IMG/VR virus record: IMGVR_UViG_3300050145_000014
Length of the DNA stretch: 20,201 nt
DNA from: a virus
Lineage: Duplodnaviria; Heunggongvirae; Uroviricota; Caudoviricetes
Reading direction: 5' to 3' (one strand)
The notes beneath the pieces were generated by a model. The model saw only the letters and a program-made list of their open reading frames with translations, ran no database searches and was not told where the DNA came from. This document shows, one piece after another, positions 7,875-14,988 of this stretch. The translations under genes and the position numbers were made by a program. Each line of letters starts with the position of its first letter. The first letter of the stretch is position 1.

Positions 7875-9325
7875 GCAGAGTTGTCTGCGTTGGAGACAGA
7901 GGTATCTGAACCTGCTACAGAATCAGATGTTCCGTTTCCTGATCCTTTAGACATCCCTGCAGATGCTTTTGATGTATTGTCAGTTAGGAGACTCTTAAAG
8001 TCTGCGTCTTCTGGTAAAACATCCACTCCGATGATCTGACGAATTTTATTGATTACAGAAATATCTTGAGTCAGGAAGCCCACTGAAGCAATCCGTTGAA
8101 TAGCCTTACTAAATGTTTCAGCATCAATACTATCCATGTTGTCATAGTCAATAGTGCAAACTCTTGAAGTATCCCACCCATTTAGTTCATAAGTTTGACG
8201 GACAAGATCTTTATTTACAACGTCTTTAATAATTCTAACAAGTGCTTCAACGGCTGTACCTGTCAAACTATTCTTCACTTGACCAAGAGCAAAAGATCCT
8301 GTGCTGGATTGACCCATAACAAGGATATCTGCAAATAATGATGTCAAGATTAAGTTTTTATAGTATTCTTTAACAAGCGTAGTATCAAAACCCTTTTTAC
8401 CATTTACTGAAAGAAGATCTAACTTGAACAATGGTTGTTTTGTATCAGGATCAAAAGCATTAGGAAGAATCATTGCAGATTGCTGATTCATCTGTAGATT
8501 TGCCATGGCTCTTTCATAATATGATCTAATAACTTTTTGCTCAGGTGTTGCTTCTGAAGAAAGGTACTGAGGAGGTATATATAGAATAGGCATCCCAACA
8601 AGGTCTTTTGCAACCCCGTTAGACTCGATCTCTTCCAAGGCTACTAGGTATCTCCAGGCAAGATAAGCATCTCTTAGAGGGCTTTTACCATAAGGATCTC
8701 CTCGATGTCGGCCTGTCCTAAATAGTAGAACTTTTGAGATTGGTAGAGTAACTTCAGAGCTTCTTGAAGCATACCTGCCGTAAGGGTCAGATAACGCTGC
8801 AATATTTTGTTTAACTGCAAGGAGGTCATTCCCATCTTCAGAGAAAATAAACTTTCTTACACTCTCCTGAGTTCTAATAGGGAGCCTTTTCCATCCAATT
8901 TTGCCATCATTGAATTTACTACCATTACTTAAGAGCCTTTTTCTATAAACTTTCTCATGTACAGAGAACCCAAAGATATTCATAGAAAGAGCATCTTTGA
9001 CAAATTCTGTCCAAGTATGGTCCATATCAGACATGCATTCTTTGATGAAGGCTGTCTGATTTTTCTCTTCTTCAGTTGCATTCTCTGGTGGACGAACTAC
9101 CCAATCAGCCTTACAGATCAGGGCTTCATATAGGGTTAACGCTGCGTTAATTGTCCCGTGATAGGACATCTGCTTATATGTCTTAATTGATGTTGGGAAG
9201 TTCAATTCTGATTTAAGCTCGTCTTTCGAGACTCCATCAAACATATTAGAACCGATATACCCAATTTCAGCTAACTTAAATCTTTCAGGTTTGTCTGAAA
9301 GAGGGATTGAATTTGTTGAATCCAT
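7871..9325 (-). CDS. Portal protein (DUF935 / Mu gp29-like)
   Basis: 484 aa directly after TerL; LFRTGRHRGDPYGKSPLRDAYLAW, GMPILY, GSFALG motifs. Confidence 0.9.
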   Translation of the reverse strand: MDSTNSIPLSDKPERFKLAEIGYIGSNMFDGVSKDELKSELNFPTSIKTYKQMSYHGTINAALTLYEALICKADWVVRPPENATEEEKNQTAFIKECMSDMDHTWTEFVKDALSMNIFGFSVHEKVYRKRLLSNGSKFNDGKIGWKRLPIRTQESVRKFIFSEDGNDLLAVKQNIAALSDPYGRYASRSSEVTLPISKVLLFRTGRHRGDPYGKSPLRDAYLAWRYLVALEEIESNGVAKDLVGMPILYIPPQYLSSEATPEQKVIRSYYERAMANLQMNQQSAMILPNAFDPDTKQPLFKLDLLSVNGKKGFDTTLVKEYYKNLILTSLFADILVMGQSSTGSFALGQVKNSLTGTAVEALVRIIKDVVNKDLVRQTYELNGWDTSRVCTIDYDNMDSIDAETFSKAIQRIASVGFLTQDISVINKIRQIIGVDVLPEDADFKSLLTDNTSKASAGMSKGSGNGTSDSVAGSDTSVSNADNSA

Positions 9326-9332
9326 GATATCC

Positions 9333-11783
9333 TTATCCGAAATTAAATGCTGGTAGAGTTTCTGGGATGGCTGGAGCCATCAGTCCTGAGTTCCCTAGAC
9401 TTGAGAAATTAAAAGGGTTACTGGCTGAGAGGTCCTGCAGGGTCATATGCGGGATGACAAGGTCTTTGTTTAGAAGTAAGAAAGCATCAGAACACACATC
9501 CGCTTGGTCATCTTTCTTATACCTATCTCCATCGAAAATTTCTAGTTCATCAAAAAAATCTTTATTCCAGTCTCCCTCAACAACCTGCACAAAACCTCCC
9601 TGTGCAACAGCAGAGAATGGTGCAAATCTTGTTACTTTAGATTTTACTGGCTTCGAGAGTCTTACAATGAACCCTTTTTCCGATAACCTTCTTTGGAGGT
9701 CTTTAGCATACGCTCCTGCTGCCGCAGCGGGATCTAAAGGAATGCTGACGATTGTACTAAACCCATCTTCGTAAGCTGTATTGAAGATTAAGTCTTCAAC
9801 ATCATGCACACGCTTACGCATACCCTTCATGTCTTCTACAGTGTAGATATTACTTGCATCCTTTGACATAAGGACTCCACGAGTCCAGTCAGGGTTAGGG
9901 TACTGTTCGGAAGGTAAAGAAAAGGCTAAGTCCCATGCTCTTACTCTCTTTGTAGCATTGAAGTTCATAAAAGGGACTACCTCACACCACTCTCTTTTGA
10001 AGAATCCTGAAGCTTCTTGTCTAGCAAACCATGACCCATCTAATAGCCGCTCTTTTTCTACTCTCGTTTGGTTCATCAAACGACTGATATAGTCTGGTTG
10101 GGCTTTTAATAGAGGAGGATTATCTCTGCAGTTCGCTCCGATAAAAGTAAATGAGCTGATACCAGATTCAGCACCCTTCCCGTGGACAAATTCAGCTTCT
10201 TCAAGCGTGTCATACCATAACATGGAGTTACCCTGTCTAAAGAAGAACCTTTTATGACCTGCTCGTTCTTCTAATGGAATACCTCTAGAGTCTAAATAGT
10301 AGTCCTGAATCCAATGACGGAGGAAGCTATTATAATCTGGGTTTGTCATTAAGAACATCTGAGGGGTATAATTTACATAAGCATTTCTCATACGAGAGAG
10401 CAGGTAAACTACCATTTCTTCTTCAAAGTCAGTTGCTTCGTCAAAGATAACTAAAGAATACTGACCACCTTTGTGATTGTACATGTCACTTGCGTGTTGC
10501 ATGTGTGAGAACTTCAGTAATGCCCCGTTTGGGAAAACAAGTTCAAGGGCCTGGGCTCTAATTTTTAGATTTGGAAAAATCGTTGTATAAAGGTTGACAG
10601 CTTCATGCCAAATAGACCCAGGGGATGTAATCATCTTACTGTTTCTACGGAAAATTACCCCAGTAGCACGAGGATGTTGCATAAACTTTAGAGCGATCAA
10701 GAGGGAAGTGTATGTCTTTCCAGAGTTGCCGCTTATAAAGATTTTTGAGTTTCTTCGGACAACCAGGAAAGAAGTTGGCACTGTAAAACAGTACATAAAA
10801 CCATCATGATTTTCGTAATCCTCTACGGGGACTTTACCATCTTTGTTTGCAAAAGACCTAAAACCCTTCCCCCTAAAGGAGGCATTTACAGTGAAATTAC
10901 CGTCTCTTTTATCAATATTGAGGCTTGTGTTATAGCCACATGCATGGAAAGCATACTGAATAAAATCTGCATTTTCTTTTTGCTTAGTGAAGTATCTAAC
11001 TGTCCCTGATGGATTTTTCAAGTCTGAGGCATCCCAATGCCGAACTTCATCAATAATGATAGAAAGTTGCTCCTGCGAAGCCCCCCACCAGTTACAAAAC
11101 AATTTTGTTGGAGATTCCGGCCATACAATCACTTCATATTCTGTATTATTTTTATTTTTTAAACAAACTTTTGACCCATTATCTTTATAAGGTAAATTGA
11201 ATTGTTTGCAAAGATCTAGCAGTCGTAAGTACTTGCGCTCTTTAGAGAAACGCATTTGAGTATAGTTATTCTTCCCATTTTTTACAACTCTCCCATCAGC
11301 TTGAATTGCAATCTGTAATCTTAATTGACCCTCGGTGATTGGGAGACCAGCCTGATCCACTTTAAAAGTGGTTTTTATTTGACCTGTCCATCCTTTTGTC
11401 TTTGATTTTTCATGTCTAGAGACTACCTCGGAAAAAGGAAGGACTCTCAAGGTCTTCCTTAACTCATCCCAATAAGGGATCCTATGGGATTTGGATAGGC
11501 AGAAGTCTAGACCTCTCGCTGACATTCTCTTAAAACCTGTTGTAGGGAGTTTGATGACTTCCTGAGGAGTCACAAAGGAAAGCATGTCTGTTTTAGGGTC
11601 GTACTGTGCTACTTTTTCCCCTAAGTAATCTGGGAATTTCACCCAACCTCTTTCTGAGAGGTACTCAGTCTCAGAGTCATAGCAGCCCGCTGCCCCGCCA
11701 GCTAGAGTAATAGTCGCATCGCTGTTAAGGAACATCTCTTGTTTTTTACTGGCTGGTCCAATAACAGTCTGTTTTATACTCAT
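9333..11783 (-). CDS. terL: Terminase large subunit, intein-containing (816 aa precursor, ~496 aa spliced)
   Basis: Walker A GGAAG^SGKT (split by intein), Walker B LVIFDEA, MTNPD, RAWDLA and C-terminal DDQAD nuclease motif; start set at MSIK (GAGG RBS). Confidence 0.95.
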   Translation of the reverse strand: MSIKQTVIGPASKKQEMFLNSDATITLAGGAAGCYDSETEYLSERGWVKFPDYLGEKVAQYDPKTDMLSFVTPQEVIKLPTTGFKRMSARGLDFCLSKSHRIPYWDELRKTLRVLPFSEVVSRHEKSKTKGWTGQIKTTFKVDQAGLPITEGQLRLQIAIQADGRVVKNGKNNYTQMRFSKERKYLRLLDLCKQFNLPYKDNGSKVCLKNKNNTEYEVIVWPESPTKLFCNWWGASQEQLSIIIDEVRHWDASDLKNPSGTVRYFTKQKENADFIQYAFHACGYNTSLNIDKRDGNFTVNASFRGKGFRSFANKDGKVPVEDYENHDGFMYCFTVPTSFLVVRRNSKIFISGNSGKTYTSLLIALKFMQHPRATGVIFRRNSKMITSPGSIWHEAVNLYTTIFPNLKIRAQALELVFPNGALLKFSHMQHASDMYNHKGGQYSLVIFDEATDFEEEMVVYLLSRMRNAYVNYTPQMFLMTNPDYNSFLRHWIQDYYLDSRGIPLEERAGHKRFFFRQGNSMLWYDTLEEAEFVHGKGAESGISSFTFIGANCRDNPPLLKAQPDYISRLMNQTRVEKERLLDGSWFARQEASGFFKREWCEVVPFMNFNATKRVRAWDLAFSLPSEQYPNPDWTRGVLMSKDASNIYTVEDMKGMRKRVHDVEDLIFNTAYEDGFSTIVSIPLDPAAAAGAYAKDLQRRLSEKGFIVRLSKPVKSKVTRFAPFSAVAQGGFVQVVEGDWNKDFFDELEIFDGDRYKKDDQADVCSDAFLLLNKDLVIPHMTLQDLSASNPFNFSSLGNSGLMAPAIPETLPAFNFG
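10725..11684 (-). mobile_element. 320-aa intein with LAGLIDADG-type homing endonuclease region
   Basis: Starts Cys (CYDSETEYL), ends ...FTVPTSFLVVRRNSKIFISGN before Ser+1; internal LQIAIQADG and DEVRHWDA motifs; removal restores GGAAGSGKT. Confidence 0.93.
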
Positions 11784-11791
11784 ACTGATCC

Positions 11792-12133
11792 TCAATTGTT
11801 ACCGTCTACAACTCTCAGGCTAAAGACAGTTGATTGTTTCTGTTCTTGAATTTCTTCACCCGACTCATCAGCATCTTCCCCATCATAGACATTATCTACA
11901 AGTTCTTTATAGTTGTCCAGAATGATTACTGCGGCTTTTAGCTTACCAGCTTCAGTCGATGTAGGGGCTTTCATGACCCTTGAAGCTGTTAAAATAGCTT
12001 CAGAGACATGTGGGCGGAATTTTCTAAGTAAGTTTAAAAGGTCTTTTTCTCTGATTTCTCTACGAGAAAGCTTCTTCTTTTCTTTTGGTTCTGCGACCTT
12101 TTTGATATTTGGTTCGCCTTTAACAAATGGCAT
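11792..12133 (-). CDS. terS: Probable terminase small subunit
   Basis: 113 aa from MPFVKG with AGGAG RBS, directly upstream of TerL; the longer ORF start overlaps tRNA-His. Confidence 0.55.
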   Translation of the reverse strand: MPFVKGEPNIKKVAEPKEKKKLSRREIREKDLLNLLRKFRPHVSEAILTASRVMKAPTSTEAGKLKAAVIILDNYKELVDNVYDGEDADESGEEIQEQKQSTVFSLRVVDGNN

Positions 12134-12188
12134 ATTTTCTCCTAGAAACGTCAAAAGAGCCTCTAGGGCTCTGTAAACTAAATGTTTA

Positions 12189-12262
12189 GGGGTGTTATAA
12201 CAGATTTGAACTGTCATCTCTCAGGGTCACATCCTGATGCTTTACCATTAAGCTAATAACAC
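12189..12262 (-). tRNA. tRNA-His(GTG), no encoded CCA
   Basis: Acceptor GTGTTAT/ATAACAC, C73, anticodon arm TCAGG-ATGTGAC-CCTGA, T-loop TTCAAAT; 3' end reads CCT. Confidence 0.85.
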
Positions 12263-12386
12263 ACCTAAACATTCGAGAATGAATAGGGATTTAAGTAATC
12301 AACTTGCTATAGTGACGCCTCCCGGCAGTATATAACGGTTCCTAAGGTAGTAGGATTGGTTGAGAAGGTACGCTTTCTTCTCAATT

Positions 12387-12477
12387 TGGTGGGTGTTTAA
12401 GGTAACGCTCCATGAATCCGACTTCCTATCTTAATTGTGGATAACAGTTTTACAGACTGCCGACAGGGGAAACACCC
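12387..12477 (-). tRNA. Non-canonical tRNA-Tyr(GTA)-like RNA
   Basis: Acceptor GGGTGTT/AACACCC + A + CCA; anticodon arm GCAGT-CTGTAAA-ACTGT; no D-arm, ~30-nt variable region, T-loop AGCGTTA. Confidence 0.6.
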
Positions 12478-12483
12478 ATATAC

Positions 12484-12567
12484 TGGCGGGGCTGGAAGGA
12501 ATCGGACCATCACCGTTTCCAGTGGCACCGCTTTCAAGGCGGTTTTGCAGCCTCTGCGCCACACTCC
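12484..12567 (-). tRNA. tRNA-Ser(TGA), weak acceptor stem
   Basis: ACCGC-CTTGAAA-GCGGT anticodon arm, long variable arm, G73-CCA; acceptor GGAGTGT/CAGCCCC has mismatches; T-loop TCCGATT. Confidence 0.65.
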
Positions 12568-12574
12568 TTAACAT

Positions 12575-12621
12575 TGGTGGATAAGGCAGGACTTGAACCT
12601 ACACATTGTTTCCAATGACAG
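12575..12621 (-). pseudogene. Orphan 3' half of a class II tRNA (A73, Leu- or Tyr-like)
   Basis: CTGT + CATTG-GAAA-CAATG variable arm + GTAGG-TTCAAGT-CCTGC T-arm + CTTATCC-A-CCA, starting right after the nuclease stop codon. Confidence 0.75.
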
Positions 12622-12990
12622 TTAAACCTTATATTCATCTATGACCTCTTTTGTAAGGGTCATAGTTCCTTTAGCAGTAAGACAATCCGCAGGAATTACT
12701 AGATTATATACATCTGTTGCAATGAACAAGATATCTGTAGTATCAGCATTGACTCTTTTGTAAACTTCTCTTGTAGACCCTGACACACTTCTTAATTCTA
12801 CTTTATAATTCCCGGAGGGTGCTATTTGAGAAGTGTATTTTACTTGAACTTTATGCAACCTTAACGAATCATCTACCACTAAATCATAACTTTGACTGTC
12901 TGTTAGTGGGATCATCACATTCCACCCAAGTGCTGTGTAATAAGCTATTGCTTTTCCTAAGCCTAAATTTCCTTTTTGTTTACTGTTCAC
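12622..12990 (-). CDS. PD-(D/E)XK endonuclease (PDDEXK_5 / I-Ssp6803I-like homing nuclease family)
   Basis: 122 aa; KGNLG..AIAY...G.NV.IPL.D...YDLVVD....KVQVK motif; GTG start. Confidence 0.8.
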   Translation of the reverse strand: MNSKQKGNLGLGKAIAYYTALGWNVMIPLTDSQSYDLVVDDSLRLHKVQVKYTSQIAPSGNYKVELRSVSGSTREVYKRVNADTTDILFIATDVYNLVIPADCLTAKGTMTLTKEVIDEYKV

Positions 12991-13007
12991 ATTAAGCCTT
13001 ATTATTT

Positions 13008-13093
13008 TGGAGGAAGACTGGGTATTCGAAACTCAACCGTTGTCGGTCCCATTGATTAGCAATCAAGTCTGGCACCTAGCCAGCTAGTCTCCC
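13008..13093 (-). tRNA. tRNA-Ser(GCT)
   Basis: Acceptor GGGAGAC/GTCTTCC, TTGA-TTGCTAA-TCAA anticodon arm, ACCG-ACAA-CGGT variable arm, TTCGAAT T-loop, CCA. Confidence 0.85.
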
Positions 13094-13128
13094 GAAACCT
13101 CTGCATTCGGCCACTCTGCCAATGATCC
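13094..13128 (-). pseudogene. Orphan 5' half of a tRNA
   Basis: GGATCAT TG GCA-GAGTGGCCGAA-TGC AGAGGTTTC: acceptor 5' strand and D-arm, truncated in the anticodon arm and abutting tRNA-Ser(GCT). Confidence 0.65.
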
Positions 13129-13132
13129 TTCG

Positions 13133-13426
13133 TTACTTAAGGGCTATCCAACTGTACAAACGGTGACGTTCTGCGGCGCTTAATACCCCCAGGCAGGATA
13201 TATAGTGTTGCCCGTCTTTTCCTAGACACCAAGGATTCTCTTCCTGTAGTAAAGTTGTGAGAAGAACACCGTTTTTAGTCCTCACCCCAGAAAACTTTGA
13301 ATTAAAAACCCCATAGTTTAGAAAAGGACCTAACTCTGTTTTTATGGTCTCAGGGGGAGACTCGCAAGGACCTACAAATACAAAATTACTTGAACATGCA
13401 TTATAGAATTTTTTTAAGTTCGTCAT
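13133..13426 (-). CDS. Hypothetical protein (97 aa) inside the tRNA array
   Basis: ORF from MTNLKKF; shorter start chosen to limit overlap with the upstream ORF; no recognised motif. Confidence 0.5.
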   Translation of the reverse strand: MTNLKKFYNACSSNFVFVGPCESPPETIKTELGPFLNYGVFNSKFSGVRTKNGVLLTTLLQEENPWCLGKDGQHYISCLGVLSAAERHRLYSWIALK

Positions 13427-13748
13427 CTGACATTGAAACTCTATCCATGTAAACCGATGGAAACAAAATACCATCAACTTTCTCATCCCTTGTTGCAATT
13501 TTTAATATACCGTTAGTCTTATTGCAAACTAATGTATTGGTTTTTCGATCTACTGTAAATTCTAATTTAATGTCTTCAGACAAACTAGAGAATAAGTGTC
13601 TAATATGGACTATTCCATTTAATAGCAGTAAAGTATTAAGACCTTTACGAGATTCGTTTAATACTTTTGTAAAAAGGTATTGGCTGGCTCCTGCTGCTGG
13701 TTCGGCAGATATAATTGTAAACTGGATGGAGCTGTTATACTCTAGCAT
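13401..13748 (-). CDS. Hypothetical protein (115 aa) inside the tRNA array
   Basis: AAAGGAG RBS; fills the gap between tRNAs; no recognised motif. Confidence 0.65.
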   Translation of the reverse strand: MLEYNSSIQFTIISAEPAAGASQYLFTKVLNESRKGLNTLLLLNGIVHIRHLFSSLSEDIKLEFTVDRKTNTLVCNKTNGILKIATRDEKVDGILFPSVYMDRVSMSDDELKKIL

Positions 13749-13764
13749 ATACTCCTTTCTATTC

Positions 13765-13847
13765 TGGTTGCGGGTTGGATTTGGAGATGAGGCCGCGATA
13801 GTGGGATCGTGAGTCTCATGCTTTAGACCAGGCTAAACTAACCCGTA
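13765..13847 (-). pseudogene. Degenerate tRNA (initiator-Met-like body, CAC anticodon)
   Basis: TACGGGT/ACCCGCA acceptor + ACCA, intact D-arm GTTT-AGCCTGGTCTA-AAGC, loop CTCACGA, T-arm not foldable. Confidence 0.5.
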
Positions 13848-13990
13848 TTAAATTGTAAGGACTAATAATGACAAATTTTCACTCGCTTTGTGCTGACCTT
13901 TACGCTAGCACTACCCGCGAGCACCTTTATCGCAGACTTGGGTAGTTTACAACTACTGGGATGAACACGGCATAATTATCAGTACTTATT

Positions 13991-14065
13991 TGGTGGACCA
14001 GTAGGGACTCGAACCCTAATTAACGACGTGCAAAGCCGCTGTAATTCCCTCTATACTACAAGCCC
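13991..14065 (-). tRNA. tRNA-Ala(TGC)
   Basis: GCGGC-TTTGCAC-GTCGT anticodon arm, G3:U70 pair, TTCGAGT T-loop, A73-CCA. Confidence 0.9.
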
Positions 14066-14074
14066 ATTGTTTCT

Positions 14075-14152
14075 TGGTGGGTGACCTCGGACTCGAACCG
14101 AGAAGCATTTCGTTCTAAGCGAAATAGGTAGACCAATTCCCTTCAATCACCC
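14075..14152 (-). tRNA. tRNA-Leu(TAG) with short variable loop
   Basis: GGGTGAT/GTCACCC acceptor, TTTCG-CTTAGAA-CGAAA, 5-nt variable loop, A73-CCA. Confidence 0.9.
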
Positions 14153-14165
14153 TTTAAATTCTATG

Positions 14166-14240
14166 TCTAGCCTACTGGATTCGAACCAGTGATGTTCCGC
14201 CTCCAAAGCGGATGACTTAACCAGACTAGCCTAAAACTAG
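14166..14240 (-). tRNA. tRNA-Pro(TGG), no encoded CCA
   Basis: CTAGTTT/AGGCTAG acceptor (C1:G72, A73), TCCGC-TTTGGAG-GCGGA, TTCGAAT T-loop; 3' end reads CAT. Confidence 0.88.
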
Positions 14241-14255
14241 ACATAGAACTCATGA

Positions 14256-14330
14256 TGGCGCTTCCCCAAGGGTTCGAACCCTGACCGCATGGGTTTGGAG
14301 CCCAGCATCCTGCCGTTGGAACAGAGAAAC
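14256..14330 (-). tRNA. tRNA-Trp(CCA)
   Basis: GTTTCTC/GGGAAGC acceptor, TGGG-CTCCAAA-CCCA, TTCGAAC T-loop, G73-CCA. Confidence 0.88.
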
Positions 14331-14342
14331 TTTTTTTTTTTC

Positions 14343-14416
14343 TGGATACTCTTACTGGATTTTAACCAGCCTAGGCATGTTTGCAATATGCCACCTAGTC
14401 ACTCGGTCAAAGAGTA
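14343..14416 (-). tRNA. tRNA-Cys(GCA)
   Basis: TACTCTT/AAGAGTA acceptor, U73-CCA, loop TTGCAAA; atypical T-loop TTAAAAT. Confidence 0.8.
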
Positions 14417-14442
14417 GTTAATTGCCCGTTAGGGCTGTTATG

Positions 14443-14516
14443 TGGAGCGGCCAGAGGGAATCGAACCCTGCTCTGCACGGTTTGGAAGACCGGCGACATA
14501 CCTCATGCTTGGCAGC
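14443..14516 (-). tRNA. tRNA-Gly(TCC)
   Basis: CGGT-CTTCCAA-ACCG anticodon arm, short D-arm, TTCGATT T-loop, U73-CCA. Confidence 0.85.
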
Positions 14517-14527
14517 AATATTTCTTT

Positions 14528-14613
14528 TGGCTCCAGTGGCTGGCTTCGAACCCGCAGTGCAATTAAGCGGCACATTAACAGTGTGCTGGATTTACCAATT
14601 CTCCTACACTGGA
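14528..14613 (-). tRNA. tRNA-Asn(GTT) with 14-nt variable region
   Basis: TCCAGTG/CACTGGA acceptor, GCACA-CTGTTAA-TGTGC, G73-CCA. Confidence 0.85.
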
Positions 14614-14622
14614 ACATATTTC

Positions 14623-14711
14623 TGGTAGAGACAGATGGATTCGAACCATCGGTGTAGATTTCTCTAGCCGCCTTATCAAGACGGTGCTCTCGGCCTCTGA
14701 GCGATATCTCT
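14623..14711 (-). tRNA. tRNA-Ile(GAT) with long variable arm
   Basis: AGAGATA/TGTCTCT acceptor, CCGTC-TTGATAA-GGCGG, TAGA-GAAA-TCTA variable hairpin, A73-CCA. Confidence 0.85.
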
Positions 14712-14712
14712 A

Positions 14713-14850
14713 TTATTCTTTACTCTTGTTTTGACGCTTAAGCTTTAGCTTAGATGCTACTTGCTTTAGGCGTTCTGCAGAAGCTTTCTTTTGGTTAGAA
14801 ATATACTGCTGCATCTGTTCTTTATTTGATTCAATATCACAATTATACAT
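14713..14850 (-). CDS. Possible 45-aa basic peptide (MYNCDIESNKEQMQQ...)
   Basis: Small ORF filling the Thr-Ile gap with AAGGAAAG upstream; its ATG lies inside a predicted promoter, so it is uncertain. Confidence 0.3.
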   Translation of the reverse strand: MYNCDIESNKEQMQQYISNQKKASAERLKQVASKLKLKRQNKSKE

Positions 14851-14869
14851 AACTTTCCTTTCATGTCAA
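14842..14869 (-). promoter_or_regulatory. sigma70-like promoter TTGACA-16-TATAAT driving the tRNA array
   Basis: Perfect hexamers, TG before the -10, 16-bp spacer. Confidence 0.7.
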
Positions 14870-14877
14870 GTGATTTC

Positions 14878-14953
14878 TGGTGCCCCCTGAAGGAATCGAA
14901 CCCTCATAACTGGACTACAAAACCAGTGTAATAAACCGTTATACGAAAAGGGC
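14878..14953 (-). tRNA. tRNA-Thr(TGT)
   Basis: GCCCTTT/AGGGGGC acceptor, CTGG...TTTGTAG...CCAG, TTCGATT T-loop, A73-CCA. Confidence 0.88.
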
Positions 14954-14961
14954 ATTTGATT

Positions 14962-14988
14962 AGTATACCACAGGTTATCACTTGTCAA
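14962..14988 (-). promoter_or_regulatory. Possible promoter TTGACA-15-TATACT upstream of tRNA-Thr
   Basis: Good hexamers just upstream of the tRNA, but the spacer is only 15 bp. Confidence 0.45.

Noticed and set aside
12134-12217. N-terminal extension of the TerS ORF
   Set aside because: Overlaps tRNA-His; a strong RBS precedes the Met at 12133.
12622-13094. Group I intron in a tRNA anticodon loop
   Set aside because: The nuclease family is intron-associated, but the insert is fully occupied by the ORF and tRNA-Ser, and I see no P3-P7 catalytic core.
14075-14330. Stop-codon recoding / suppressor tRNAs
   Set aside because: Leu(TAG) is an anticodon that reads CTA, Trp is CCA and Tyr is GTA; genes translate intact under the standard code.
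14331-14341. 11-nt poly-T run between tRNA-Trp and tRNA-Cys
   Set aside because: A simple homopolymer spacer with no supporting structure; the length could be a sequencing artefact.
14422-14657. Short ORFs over tRNA genes
   Set aside because: Artefacts of translating tRNA-Gly, Asn and Ile.
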